This document shows positions 17,927-26,883 of a DNA stretch of 42,437 nt, piece by piece; within the stretch, counting starts at the first letter, position 1; the number at the start of each line of letters is the position of its first letter. Origin of the DNA: Desulfuromonadales bacterium (GTDB lineage: Bacteria; Desulfobacterota; Desulfuromonadia; Desulfuromonadales; DASPGW01); contig DASPGW010000044.1 of NCBI GenBank assembly GCA_035620395.1, positions 1 to 42,437 of the forward strand. The letters are read 5' to 3'. The notes below the pieces were generated by a model, which ran no database searches, was not told the origin of the DNA, and saw only the letters and a program-made list of their open reading frames with translations. The position numbers were made by a program, and so were the translations under genes.

Positions 17927-19240
17927 AAAATCACCATCATCGGCGGCGGCCTCGCCGGCTGCGAGGCTGCCTGGCAGGCCGCCCGCGCCGGGGCCGCCGT
18001 CACCCTCTACGAGATGAAGCCGCAGCGCTTCTCCCCCGCCCACCACTCGCCGAACCTCGGTGAACTGGTCTGCTCCAACAGCCTGCGCGGGGCCGGGATG
18101 AACAACGCCGTCGGCTGCCTGAAGGAGGAGTTGCGCCGCTGCGGCTCGCTCTTCATGGCCGCCGCCGATGCCACGGCGGTACCCGCCGGCGGAGCGCTCG
18201 CCGTCGACCGGGAGGCATTTGCCGCCTGGCTGACCGGCCGGATCGAGAGCCACCCCCGCATCACCCTGGTGCGCGAGGAGGTCACCACCATTCCCGAAGG
18301 GGGGACGGTCATCGTCGCTTCCGGGCCGCTGACCTCGGAGGCACTTTCAAGAGAAATCGCCCGCCGCACGGGCGCCGAGCAGCTCTACTTCTACGACGCC
18401 ATCGCGCCGATCATCGAAGCCGACTCCATCGATTTCACCAGGGCCTGGCGGGCTTCCCGCTACGGCAAGGGAGGCGACGACTACGTCAACTGCCCCCTCA
18501 CCCGGGAGGAATATCTCGCCTTCGTCGCCGGACTGCGGCAGGCCGAAAAAGTCCCGGCCCGGGATTTCGAAAAGATGATCCACTTCGAGGGGTGCATGCC
18601 GATCGAGGAGATGGCCGCCCGCGGCGAGATGACACTCGCCTTCGGTCCGATGAAACCGGTGGGACTGCCCGATCCGCACACGGGCAAGGAACCGTTCGCT
18701 GTGGTGCAGCTGCGCCAGGACAACCGCCATGCCTCCCTGTTCAACATGGTCGGCTTCCAGACCAAACTGACCTACCCCGAGCAGCGCCGGCTGCTGCGCA
18801 CCATCCCCGGCCTGGAGAACGCCCGCTTCGCCCGGATGGGGAGCGTGCACCGCAACACCTTCGTCAACGCTCCCGCCTGCCTCGAGCGAACCCTGCAGCT
18901 GCGCGGCGAACCGCGGCTTTTCTTCGCCGGCCAGATCACCGGCGTCGAGGGGTACGTCGAATCGGCGGCCGCCGGCTTTCTCGCCGGACTCTTTGCCGCC
19001 CGCTGGCAGCACAGCGAGGCGATCCCCCTGCCCCCCGCCACCACCGCCTTCGGCGCCCTGCTGGCTCACCTGGCCGAATCGTCCGTCGAAAACTTCCAGC
19101 CGATGAACGTCAACTATGGCCTCTTCCCCCCCCTCGACGGACGCCATCGCAAGCGGACTGACCGCCGTCTGGCCATGGCGGAACGCGCCCTGACCGACCT
19201 GGAACCCTGGCGGCAGGGACTTGATCCATACGTCCCATAG
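17921..19240 (+). CDS. trmFO: Methylenetetrahydrofolate-tRNA-(uracil-5-)-methyltransferase TrmFO
   Basis: [21 protein letters not shown] fold and SNSLRG motifs. Only a TTG start is available upstream of the FAD motif. Confidence 0.9.
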   Translation: MEKITIIGGGLAGCEAAWQAARAGAAVTLYEMKPQRFSPAHHSPNLGELVCSNSLRGAGMNNAVGCLKEELRRCGSLFMAAADATAVPAGGALAVDREAFAAWLTGRIESHPRITLVREEVTTIPEGGTVIVASGPLTSEALSREIARRTGAEQLYFYDAIAPIIEADSIDFTRAWRASRYGKGGDDYVNCPLTREEYLAFVAGLRQAEKVPARDFEKMIHFEGCMPIEEMAARGEMTLAFGPMKPVGLPDPHTGKEPFAVVQLRQDNRHASLFNMVGFQTKLTYPEQRRLLRTIPGLENARFARMGSVHRNTFVNAPACLERTLQLRGEPRLFFAGQITGVEGYVESAAAGFLAGLFAARWQHSEAIPLPPATTAFGALLAHLAESSVENFQPMNVNYGLFPPLDGRHRKRTDRRLAMAERALTDLEPWRQGLDPYVP

Positions 19241-19267
19241 GTCCCATTGGTCCTATAAGTCCCATTC
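19223..19267 (+). repeat. Tandem nonamer array (GTCCCATNN-like, 4-5 units)
   Basis: (GATCCATAC) GTCCCATAG GTCCCATTG GTCCTATAA GTCCCATTC. The trmFO stop TAG (19238-19240) lies inside it. Confidence 0.8.
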
Positions 19268-19286
19268 AGTCAACCGAAAGACCGTC

Positions 19287-19895
19287 ATGAACTCCTCTCC
19301 CCCCGACATCGTCCTCGCCTCCGCCTCGCCTCGCCGGAGCGAACTGCTCGCCCGCATCGGCATCCGCTTCACCGTACAACCAAGCCGCGCCAGCGAAGAG
19401 GTTCTGGCCGGCGAGACGCCGGAAGAGCACGTGGTGCGCCTGAGCCGGGACAAAGCCCGAGAGGTCGCGCAGAGACCGGATGTGCCGGGGCGCTGGTTTA
19501 TCGGCAGCGACACCATCGTCCTGCGCGACGACGCCATCCTCGGCAAGCCGAAGGACGCGCAGGAGGCGGCCGCCATGCTGCGCTCCCTCTCCGGCCGCCG
19601 CCACCGGGTCCTCTCCGGCTACGCCGTCTTCGACCGTCGAAGCGGCACCGCCGTCAGCGGCGCCGTCGCCACGGCGGTGCGGTTCAAGGAGTTGACAGAG
19701 GAGGAGATCGCGGGGTACATTGCCACCGACGAGCCCTTCGACAAGGCGGGCGCCTACGCCATCCAGGGGATTGGCGTCTTCATGGTCCTCGGCATCGAGG
19801 GAAGCTACACCAACGTGGTGGGCCTCCCCCTGTGCGAAGTGGTCGAAGTGCTCGAACGGCTGGGGGCGGTCAAATTATTCGAAAATCCGCTGTAG
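19287..19895 (+). CDS. maf: Maf-like nucleoside triphosphate pyrophosphatase
   Basis: IVLASASPRRSELL..., GKP.D...A, GAYAIQG motifs. ATG 19287. Confidence 0.85.
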   Translation: MNSSPPDIVLASASPRRSELLARIGIRFTVQPSRASEEVLAGETPEEHVVRLSRDKAREVAQRPDVPGRWFIGSDTIVLRDDAILGKPKDAQEAAAMLRSLSGRRHRVLSGYAVFDRRSGTAVSGAVATAVRFKELTEEEIAGYIATDEPFDKAGAYAIQGIGVFMVLGIEGSYTNVVGLPLCEVVEVLERLGAVKLFENPL

Positions 19896-19918
19896 GGGCG
19901 GACGCAATGCGCCCCTGC
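19892..19918. repeat. GTAGGGGCG...CGCCCCT palindromic (REP-like) element
   Basis: GTAGGGGCG-gacgcaatg-CGCCCCTGC hairpin. The maf stop TAG (19893-19895) is part of the left arm. Confidence 0.6.
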
Positions 19919-19937
19919 CAACATCACCGTTATTCCA

Positions 19938-20633
19938 ATGTCCATCCAAGATAATCTCGCACATATCCGCAGCCAGATCGCCGCCGCCTGTGCCCGCAGC
20001 GGCCGCGATCCCGCCGCCGTGCGCCTGGTGGCGGTCTCCAAGACGCATCCGGCGACGCTGGTCGAAGAGGCGGCGGCCGCCGGCCAGCGGCTCTTCGGCG
20101 AGAGCTACGTTCAGGAGTTCGTGGCCAAGGCGGAAGCGGTGCAAGCCCCTGTGGAATGGCATTTCATCGGCGCCCTGCAGAGCAACAAGATCAAGTACCT
20201 GCGCGGCCGCGTCGGCCTCATCCACTCGGTCGACCGCTTCTCCCTGGCCGAGGAGATCGACCGCCAGTGGGCCAAAATCAAGCGGACGGCCGATGTGCTG
20301 CTGCAGGTCAATCTCGGTGGCGAAGAGAGCAAGTCGGGGGTCAACGAAGCCGGCCTGCAGGAACTGGTGCGCCAGGTGGCCGTGCTCGAACACGTCCGCA
20401 TTCGCGGGCTGATGACCCTGCCGCCCTACTTCGACGAGGCCGAAGCGGTCCGTCCCTACTTCCGTCGCCTGCGGGAACTGGCCGGGGAAATCCGCGCCCT
20501 TGGCCTGCCGGGAGTAGAAATGACCGAACTGTCGATGGGGATGAGCCACGATTTCATGGTAGCCATCGAGGAGGGGGCGACCCTGGTACGGGTCGGCACG
20601 GCGATTTTCGGCGAAAGAGAGTATCCGCAATGA
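19938..20633 (+). CDS. yggS: YggS-family pyridoxal-phosphate homeostasis protein
   Basis: VAVSKT, FGE(S/N)Y.QE, WHFIG.LQSNK, SMGMS.D motifs. Confidence 0.85.
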   Translation: MSIQDNLAHIRSQIAAACARSGRDPAAVRLVAVSKTHPATLVEEAAAAGQRLFGESYVQEFVAKAEAVQAPVEWHFIGALQSNKIKYLRGRVGLIHSVDRFSLAEEIDRQWAKIKRTADVLLQVNLGGEESKSGVNEAGLQELVRQVAVLEHVRIRGLMTLPPYFDEAEAVRPYFRRLRELAGEIRALGLPGVEMTELSMGMSHDFMVAIEEGATLVRVGTAIFGEREYPQ

Positions 20634-20721
20634 GCAGCAACTCCCTGCCGCGCGCCCTTGCATCATGGTCAGGGGGAAAGGAGTTTTTCGACTTGCTCGC
20701 CAGGCTGCCCCAGGAACCCTG

Positions 20722-20788
20722 GTTTTAAGTTTCAGGTTTTGAGTTTTCGGATAAAATGCCTCAACACCTAAACCTTGAAACCCAAAAC
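20722..20788. repeat. Mirrored heptamer arrays forming an A/T-rich hairpin
   Basis: GTTTTAA GTTTCAG GTTTTGA GTTTTCG ... CCTAAAC CTTGAAAC CCAAAAC. The arms pair over about 16 bp with two mismatches and one bulge. Confidence 0.65.
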
Positions 20789-20800
20789 TGATTGTATAAT

Positions 20801-21445
20801 ATGTGCTTCGACACCTTCCTCTTCGATCTCGACGGCACCCTGGTCGACTCGGTCGCCGACCTCGCCACCGCCGTCAACCTGCTGCGTGCCGAGCTCTCCC
20901 TGCCGCCCCTCGACATTCCGACCGTGCGCGGCTACGTGGGGGACGGCGCTACCTTTCTGGTGAAGCGCTCGCTCCCCGAGGGGCTCTTCAGCGAGGAGCG
21001 GCTGCAGCGGTTTCTCGTCCATTACGGTGAGCACCTGCTGGAGAGCACCGTCCTCTATCCGGGCATCAGGACGTTTCTCGACGAGCGGAAAAACTCCGGG
21101 CTGAAGATGGCGGTGGTCACCAACAAGCCGCACCGCCTCACGCGCCTGCTGCTGGAAGGGCTGGCGCTGAGCGGGTATTTTCCGGTCGTCATCGGCGGCG
21201 ACAGTCTGCCGCAGAAAAAACCCGACCCGCGTCCCGTCTGGCGTGCGCTGGAAGAACTGGCGGCCGCGCCGCAATCCACCATCCTGATCGGCGACCACCA
21301 CACGGACCTGGCCGCCGGCCGCGCCGCCGGTATCCGCACCTGCTTCTGCGCCTGGGGCATCGGCGAGGATGGGGGCCTGCCGCACGATTTCCGGGCCGCG
21401 ACACCGTATGATCTCCCGACGCTCTTTCCGGTGCAGGCCGCGTGA
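20801..21445 (+). CDS. HAD-IA hydrolase, phosphoglycolate-phosphatase-like
   Basis: FDLDGTLVDS motif I, VTNK motif II, GD...D motif. ATG 20801 (TTG 20792 is the alternative). Confidence 0.7.
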   Translation: MCFDTFLFDLDGTLVDSVADLATAVNLLRAELSLPPLDIPTVRGYVGDGATFLVKRSLPEGLFSEERLQRFLVHYGEHLLESTVLYPGIRTFLDERKNSGLKMAVVTNKPHRLTRLLLEGLALSGYFPVVIGGDSLPQKKPDPRPVWRALEELAAAPQSTILIGDHHTDLAAGRAAGIRTCFCAWGIGEDGGLPHDFRAATPYDLPTLFPVQAA

Positions 21446-22731
21446 CCTCCTCCCGGCCGCTGACTCAGAAGGAAATCGCCCTCTTCTTCTTCCCGCTGCT
21501 GCTCAACGTGCAGATGATGAGCGTCTCCCACTCGATCATCAACGCCGGGCTGGCCCGCCAGAGCGACTTCGTCGTCGCCCTGGCCGCCTTTTCGGTGGCC
21601 ATGGTGCTGCACCTCTTTGTCGCCTCTCCCTCCTACCAGAACCACACCGTGACCATCGCCATGGTGCGCGGGCGGCGTTCGCTGCGCGGCACGATCCTCT
21701 TCGTGCTGCTGGTGGCAACCTGGGTCTCGGTCATGCTCTCCCTGGTCGCCTTCACCCCGCTGGGGGATTTCATCCTCGGCCGCCTCCTCGGCGTCCACGG
21801 CGAAATCGCCGCGCAGGCCCGGGCGGTTCTCGGCATCCTGGTCTTCCTGCCGTTTCTGACCGGCTTTCGCGGCCTGTTTCAGGGGCTCGTCATGCAGGCC
21901 CGCCACACCGGCCTGGTCTCCCTCGCCACCATCGTGCGGGTCGTCGCCCTGCTCGGCTTTCTCGCCCTGGGGGTGCGCTGGTTCAGCGGCGCGGTTCTCG
22001 GCGCCTTCGCCCTGCTCGCCTGCATCGCCGTCGAAACCGCGCTGATGGGTTTCTTCGCCTGGCGCTGCCGCATCCATCACGAAGGCGGCGACGGCGAACG
22101 GGGCGCCCTGGAGATTTTCCGTTTCGCCTTTCCGCTGGCCTACTCCTCGTGCCTGCAGCAGGTCGTGCCGCTGCTCATCAACGCCATCATCAGCCGCCTC
22201 CCCGACGGAGCCCTGGCGCTCGCCTCCTTCGGCGTCATCCGCGGCTTCATCTTCCTGCTCGGCGGTCCGATGCGCAACCTGCAGCAGGCTTACCAGACCC
22301 TGGTCAAGGACCACGCCGACTATCGGGTGCTGGTGCGCTTCTTCCGTCGGGTCGGCAGCGCCCTGGCGATTCTCACCGTGGTCATCGCCTACCCCCTCAG
22401 TGCTCCGGTGCTCGGCACCCTGATGGGCCTGGACGCCGCCACCCGCGCCTACATCGCCCTCCCCCTGGCCGGCTGCGCCCTCTACTGCTACCTCTACGGC
22501 GCCGTCAGCCTGCTGCGCGGCTGGTTCACCGGCGAAGACCGCACTACCGAGCTCGGCCGCTCGGTCATCTACAAAATCCTCTTCCTGCTCGCCTGCTGGG
22601 GCCTGCTCATGGTCGTCCCCCGGCCTGTCCCCGTCCCCGGCGTCGCCATCGCCGTCTTTCTCCTCATGGCCGCCGAGCTTTGCGAAACCTGGTACCTGCA
22701 CCACCGCCGCCACCGCCTGCTCGCCGCCTGA
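21442..22731 (+). CDS. Polytopic membrane protein, MATE/MOP-superfamily-like
   Basis: About 12 hydrophobic segments. The N-terminus KEIALFFFPLLLNVQMMSVSHSIINAGLAR resembles MATE openings. The GTG start overlaps the HAD gene stop (GTGA). Confidence 0.5.
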   Translation: MTSSRPLTQKEIALFFFPLLLNVQMMSVSHSIINAGLARQSDFVVALAAFSVAMVLHLFVASPSYQNHTVTIAMVRGRRSLRGTILFVLLVATWVSVMLSLVAFTPLGDFILGRLLGVHGEIAAQARAVLGILVFLPFLTGFRGLFQGLVMQARHTGLVSLATIVRVVALLGFLALGVRWFSGAVLGAFALLACIAVETALMGFFAWRCRIHHEGGDGERGALEIFRFAFPLAYSSCLQQVVPLLINAIISRLPDGALALASFGVIRGFIFLLGGPMRNLQQAYQTLVKDHADYRVLVRFFRRVGSALAILTVVIAYPLSAPVLGTLMGLDAATRAYIALPLAGCALYCYLYGAVSLLRGWFTGEDRTTELGRSVIYKILFLLACWGLLMVVPRPVPVPGVAIAVFLLMAAELCETWYLHHRRHRLLAA

Positions 22732-22773
22732 CTTCTGCTTGCCGGGCGCCACAGCGAGGCGTAGACTTTAAGC

Positions 22774-22956
22774 ATGGAAACCGCCCCCGCCCAAAAGCAC
22801 CCCTGTCCCGACTGCCGCCAGTGCCAATGGTGCTCGGATGACCGCTGCCGGCTCTGTCTGCGCTCCGGCGCCGGCTGCCGCAAGAAGCTGTCGATGGCCG
22901 AGCAGATTGCCCTGTACGAGAAGATCAACAGCGGTTCTTGCAAGACCGGGGAGTGA
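22774..22956 (+). CDS. Small cysteine-rich protein (60 aa, 8 Cys), putative metal-binding
   Basis: CPDCRQCQWCSDDRCRLCLRSGAGC pattern (CxxCxxCxxCx4CxxCx6C). G/C3-rich codon usage consistent with real coding. No family recognised. Confidence 0.5.
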   Translation: METAPAQKHPCPDCRQCQWCSDDRCRLCLRSGAGCRKKLSMAEQIALYEKINSGSCKTGE

Positions 22957-23031
22957 GCCGGCAGATAAAGGGTATCGACCTGGGCCATCGTACAGGGACC
23001 CCAAGTCCAGAACTTTCCAGAAAAATCATTG

Positions 23032-23078
23032 TTGCTCCCGGCCATTTCATCCGATACAATCTAGACAGTCTAGCTAGA
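23032..23078 (+). promoter_or_regulatory. Promoter plus palindromic operator of the Phd-VapC module
   Basis: TTGCTC (23032-23037), 17 nt, TACAAT (23055-23060). Immediately followed by CTAGAC-A-GTCTAG (23061-23073) plus CTAGA. AGGAGGA RBS before ATG 23095. Confidence 0.55.
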
Positions 23079-23094
23079 GCAGAAGGAGGATGGC

Positions 23095-23373
23095 ATGGCA
23101 ACGCGAAAAAAATCTGCGGATCGTTCGGGCGAGTGGCAGCTACAGGAGGCCAAAAACCGCTTGAGCCGAGTGGTCGATGAGGCACGGCGCGGCAGGCCGC
23201 AGACGATCACTCTCCGCGGGACTCCCGCTGCCGTCATCGTCTCCTTTGAACAGTATCAGGAGCTGACGCGGTCCCGCACGCCTCTGTCGGAGTTTTTCCA
23301 AACTTCGCCACTCCACGACATCGAACTCGACCTTGAGCGGAGCCGGGATGTGGGGCGGGAGGTGGACCTGTGA
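23095..23373 (+). CDS. Type II antitoxin, Phd/YefM family
   Basis: WQLQEAKNRLSRVVDEA....PQTITLRG.PAAVIVSFEQY is a typical Phd/YefM fold signature. Overlaps the toxin start by 4 nt. Confidence 0.8.
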   Translation: MATRKKSADRSGEWQLQEAKNRLSRVVDEARRGRPQTITLRGTPAAVIVSFEQYQELTRSRTPLSEFFQTSPLHDIELDLERSRDVGREVDL

Positions 23374-23792
23374 CATTCCTTCTCGACACCTGCGTCATCT
23401 CTGAACTGGTCAAGCCGCGACCAAATGAAAACGTTGTCCGGTGGGTCGATTCGGTCGACGAGCGAAAGCTCTTCCTGAGCGTACTGACGGTGGGAGAGCT
23501 GGAAAAGGGGATCACGAAACTACAGGAATCGCAGCGGAAGGCCGATTTGCAAGAATGGTTGGAGCACGATCTGGCAGAGAGATTTGCAGGGCGAATCCTG
23601 CCCGTGGATGCCGCTGTCGCAGTCGCCTGGGGAAGAATCCAGGGTGAGGCGGAACGCGTGGGGGCGAAGCTGCCAGTGATCGATTCGCTACTGACGGCTA
23701 CCGCTGAAATCCATCGCCTCACACTCGCCACCAGAAACGTTGCCGATTTCGACCGTTGCGGAGCCACCGTCTTCAACCCCTGGGGCACATAA
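23370..23792 (+). CDS. vapC: PIN-domain toxin VapC (FitB-like)
   Basis: FLLDTCVISE (first acidic residue), GELEKG, and C-terminal TRNV.DF motifs. GTGA overlap with the antitoxin. Confidence 0.85.
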   Translation: MTFLLDTCVISELVKPRPNENVVRWVDSVDERKLFLSVLTVGELEKGITKLQESQRKADLQEWLEHDLAERFAGRILPVDAAVAVAWGRIQGEAERVGAKLPVIDSLLTATAEIHRLTLATRNVADFDRCGATVFNPWGT

Positions 23793-23887
23793 TCCGGTAC
23801 GCCCGTTGGGACTATTGTCCGGTGCCAGTTGTTTTACCGAGGAAAATCGTGACCCGTTCCCAAAACTCACATGAGAGAGATAAGTTC

Positions 23888-24160
23888 ATGAAAAATAAGG
23901 ATCTGGTAGTCGGGGTGGCCTGCGGGCTGGTGGTTGGGGCAGTGGCGGGGGCGGTGGCAGCGCTGCTGCTGGCGCCGGCAAGCGGCACTGAAACGCGCCG
24001 GAAGCTGCGCTTTGAACGAGACAACGCCGTAGAGGCAACTCGGAGCAAAGCTCGTCGGGCCATGGCACGGCTGCGCAGGGAGAGGCCTGAAGAAGAGGAA
24101 GAGGGGCTGGAAGCATTTGAGGAGGAAGTAGAGGAAGAGGTGGCCTTCAGCGGTGCCTGA
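23888..24160 (+). CDS. YtxH-domain protein
   Basis: N-terminal helix GVACGLVVGAVAGAVAALLLAP.SG.ETR.KL is typical of YtxH. Acidic C-terminal tail. Confidence 0.6.
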   Translation: MKNKDLVVGVACGLVVGAVAGAVAALLLAPASGTETRRKLRFERDNAVEATRSKARRAMARLRRERPEEEEEGLEAFEEEVEEEVAFSGA

Positions 24161-24404
24161 TGGGAGGCATGAAGGGCTGCGGCTCAGCCGCGACATGTCG
24201 GCAGGCTGCGAAAATAGCTGTCTGTTATTTGTTCAATGGAGAGGAGTCGGGACCTGTCCCCACAACCCGCCCCTGCTTCTGGTTACTGCGGCCGCGCTCC
24301 AGATAGGTCCGGCCGCAAAGCGCCAAGAGATCCTTTCCGTCAGCAATAGACTCATCGATCAACCTGGTTTTCCGAGTTGAAACAATTCCAGGAACGACTC
24401 TGAT

Positions 24405-25361
24405 TCAGGCAGGCTTTTTGAACTTGCCGATGATCACCCTGGCCAGACTGACGATGGCTAGCACCACGCCGCCGGCTACCACTCCGGCCAGCGCATTCAG
24501 GGCCATGGGGGTAATCGCCGCCAGCACGCCGCCGATCCCCGGAATACCGTGGATGGCTTCTTCCGCGTGATGCAGCACCTCGTGCGCATTGGGGATGCCA
24601 TGCACCAGGATGCCGCCGCCCACCATGAACATGGCCAGCGTCCCGACAACGGCCAGCGTCTTCATCAGGTACGGCGCCACGCGCAGGAAACCCTTTCCCA
24701 GGGCCCGCTGGCAGCCGCCCCAGGCATTGTTCGCGCTGGTTTTTACCAGATACAGGCCGGCGTCGTCCAGCTTCACGATGCCGGCTACCAGGCCATAGAC
24801 GCCGATCGTCATGATGGCGGCAATGCCAGCGACAACGGCCACCTGGGTGCCGAAGGCGGCGCCCTTCACCGTGCCCAGCGCAATTACGATGATTTCTGCC
24901 GAGAGGATGAAGTCCGTGCGAATGGCGCCCTTGATTTTTTCCTTCTCGAAAGCCACCAGATCCACCTCGGGGTCGATCAGGGCCTTGACGATTTCGGCAT
25001 GTTCGGCCTGTTCCTCGGCCTTGCTGTGCAGGAACCGGTGCGCCAGTTTTTCAAAGCCCTCATAACACAGATACGCACCGCCCAGCATCAGCAGCGGGAT
25101 GACCCCCCACGGCGCCAGAGCGCTGATGGCCAGAGCCGCCGGCACCAGAATCAGCTTGTTCCTGACCGACCCCTTGGCCACCGCCCACACTACCGGCAGT
25201 TCACGCTCGGCCCGTACGCCGGCCACCTGCTCCGCATTCAGCGCCAGGTCATCGCCCAACACGCCGGCGGTTTTTTTTGCGGCCACTTTGGTCATCACCG
25301 CGATATCGTCGAGCACGGTGGCTATGTCATCTAACAGAGCGAAAAGGCTGGAACCTGCCAC
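24405..25361 (-). CDS. DUF808 (YedI-like) inner-membrane protein
   Basis: [39 protein letters not shown] is the characteristic DUF808 N-terminus, followed by multiple TM helices. Confidence 0.8.
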   Translation of the reverse strand: MAGSSLFALLDDIATVLDDIAVMTKVAAKKTAGVLGDDLALNAEQVAGVRAERELPVVWAVAKGSVRNKLILVPAALAISALAPWGVIPLLMLGGAYLCYEGFEKLAHRFLHSKAEEQAEHAEIVKALIDPEVDLVAFEKEKIKGAIRTDFILSAEIIVIALGTVKGAAFGTQVAVVAGIAAIMTIGVYGLVAGIVKLDDAGLYLVKTSANNAWGGCQRALGKGFLRVAPYLMKTLAVVGTLAMFMVGGGILVHGIPNAHEVLHHAEEAIHGIPGIGGVLAAITPMALNALAGVVAGGVVLAIVSLARVIIGKFKKPA

Positions 25362-25586
25362 GTTGCGACTCCATAAGTTTAAAAAAACTGTTATTGAGGA
25401 ATTTCCCGGTTTATTTCCCGCGATTCATTCGACGGGAGGGATGGGCTGTCATAAGCGGTCCACGAATTTCGTCCGGCAGTGTGCCACAAGGCTGCAGCCG
25501 GGGCAAATTCTTTTGAGGAGGAGGGGGCTTGGACAGAACCTGGGAGACGGACGAAGAAGTATACTAATAGCAAAAGGAGGCCGAAT

Positions 25587-25808
25587 ATGCGCGAGACGAC
25601 TCTGACATTGCCCGTTCTTTCACTGATCGCCGGCACCCGGGCCATGCTCGGAGCGGGGGTGGCCCTGCTGCTGGGGGGGCGCCTGCCGGCGAGGGAGAAG
25701 AAAGCCGTCGGCTGGACCCTGCTTCTGATCGGGGCGTTGACGACGATCCCCCTCGCCGCCCAGGCCTTGAGCAGGAGCCGGAGGGTTGAGGGTGGGAGCC
25801 GCGAATAG
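25587..25808 (+). CDS. Small two-TM membrane protein (73 aa)
   Basis: Strong RBS AAAGGAGG 7 nt before ATG 25587. Two hydrophobic helices separated by RLPAREKK. Confidence 0.55.
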   Translation: MRETTLTLPVLSLIAGTRAMLGAGVALLLGGRLPAREKKAVGWTLLLIGALTTIPLAAQALSRSRRVEGGSRE

Positions 25809-25900
25809 CCCCACCCGGGGAAAGTCAGCCGTTCGCGTTCTATTCGTCCCCAAGACACCGAGCCACTGCCGGGTCGCATCGGTTGGGACTGGCGCCTTCT

Positions 25901-26143
25901 TCAGCCGGCCGAAGCCGGCCGGGCCTTCGCCAATCGGTGCAACGTGCGGAAATGCCTGAGCAGATTAAAAAAGCAAATAACCCCAACCACGGCGATCAGG
26001 CCAGCAGAAAGGGTTATGCTTTGGTCGGAAGCGAGGGAAAAGAAACCGTATTCAAGGAGCATCACCAAGGATCCCAGCACCCCCGCCGACATAGTGATGA
26101 TGCGAATAATGGTGATCTGTTTGATCGGCAAACCTTCCGGCAT
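25901..26143 (-). CDS. Small two-TM membrane protein (80 aa)
   Basis: Two hydrophobic helices and coding-like codons. GAGG 5 nt before the ATG. Lies 56 nt downstream of the PIN gene on the same strand. Competing plus-strand ORFs are hydrophilic and low-complexity. Confidence 0.5.
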   Translation of the reverse strand: MPEGLPIKQITIIRIITMSAGVLGSLVMLLEYGFFSLASDQSITLSAGLIAVVGVICFFNLLRHFRTLHRLAKARPASAG

Positions 26144-26199
26144 GCTGGCCTCATCTGTTCAGAGGTGGATTGAAGCTTCGGGGAGATTCTATCTGTTGA

Positions 26200-26634
26200 C
26201 TAACTCACCCTTCCCGCGAAGGGATTCCTGATTTCGACACCGCAGATTTTCTGCCCATCCGAAAGATCCTCCGTCAGAAGAACTGCGGCTCCTCCGGTGA
26301 TGGCGGCGGCGATGACCATCGAATCCCAGAACGAAAACCCGTGTTTCTCCTGGACATCGATGGCCTTGAGGATCGCATCGCCGTCGTTGACGACGACATC
26401 CCACGTAAGGAAATCGGTAATGATCTCGCGAGCGGTAGCGAGGTCGAGGGGCTTGGGAATTTTGCGGGTGACGGTGACGTGGAATTCCTGAAGGACCTGC
26501 GTGCTCACCATGCCAAGCCCCGATTCCCACAAGCCGGTCAGCAGGTCACGCGCCTTCTGGTGCTTGTCGCCGGCCGAGGTGTCATAGGCATAGATGAGGA
26601 TGTTGGTGTCGAGAAAGGTATTAACGCCTTTCAT
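26200..26634 (-). CDS. PIN-domain toxin (VapC-like)
   Basis: FLDTNILIYAYD (first Asp), VSTQVLQEF, SFWDSMVIAAA, LLTEDL are PIN acidic-residue motifs. Confidence 0.8.
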   Translation of the reverse strand: MKGVNTFLDTNILIYAYDTSAGDKHQKARDLLTGLWESGLGMVSTQVLQEFHVTVTRKIPKPLDLATAREIITDFLTWDVVVNDGDAILKAIDVQEKHGFSFWDSMVIAAAITGGAAVLLTEDLSDGQKICGVEIRNPFAGRVS

Positions 26635-26875
26635 GGAGTTCCTCGCGATCGATGCCGCGGCCCTTCGTCCCGAGGTCGAGCCCGGCTTCCAGGAGCCTAA
26701 GCTGCCTCGCCCGCGCCCGGCTGTAGCCGGAGGCTTCTCTCACCTTTTCCTCCACCGATTCGCGCAGCAGTTCGCTGAGGGAAATCTCCTTCCGGGCGGC
26801 GAGGGATTTTGCCTTTTTCAGCAGGGGCTTGGGAAGAGAAAGGGTAACGTTCTGCTTCTCCATTATTTTCTCCAC
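26621..26875 (-). CDS. Ribbon-helix-helix (CopG/VapB-like) antitoxin
   Basis: VTLSLPKPLLKKAKSLAARKEISLSELLRESVEE has the RHH pattern. Overlaps the PIN gene start by 14 nt. Confidence 0.7.
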   Translation of the reverse strand: MEKIMEKQNVTLSLPKPLLKKAKSLAARKEISLSELLRESVEEKVREASGYSRARARQLRLLEAGLDLGTKGRGIDREELHERR

Positions 26876-26883
26876 GCTGTGGG

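Noticed and set aside
15405-20788. The tandem repeat arrays considered as a CRISPR or minisatellite locus.
   Set aside because: The units are 7-9 nt and directly abutting, with no spacers and no cas genes. They are reported as a separate repeat class instead.
24222-24404. Open frame of about 60 codons continuing in-frame after the DUF808 TGA stop (…IRVVPGIVSTRKTRLIDESIADGKDLLALCGRTYLERGRSNQKQGRVVGTGPDSSPLNK), and the opposite-strand track ORF 24153-24380.
   Set aside because: There is no recoding signal, SECIS-like element or recognisable domain. The frame is hydrophilic and unlike the membrane protein. It could be a gene remnant, but that is unsupported. The plus-strand ORF has poor coding character.
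25883-26231. Plus-strand ORFs 25883-26173 and 25944-26231.
   Set aside because: Their translations are hydrophilic and low-complexity. The minus-strand frame encodes a coherent two-TM protein with an RBS and was preferred.
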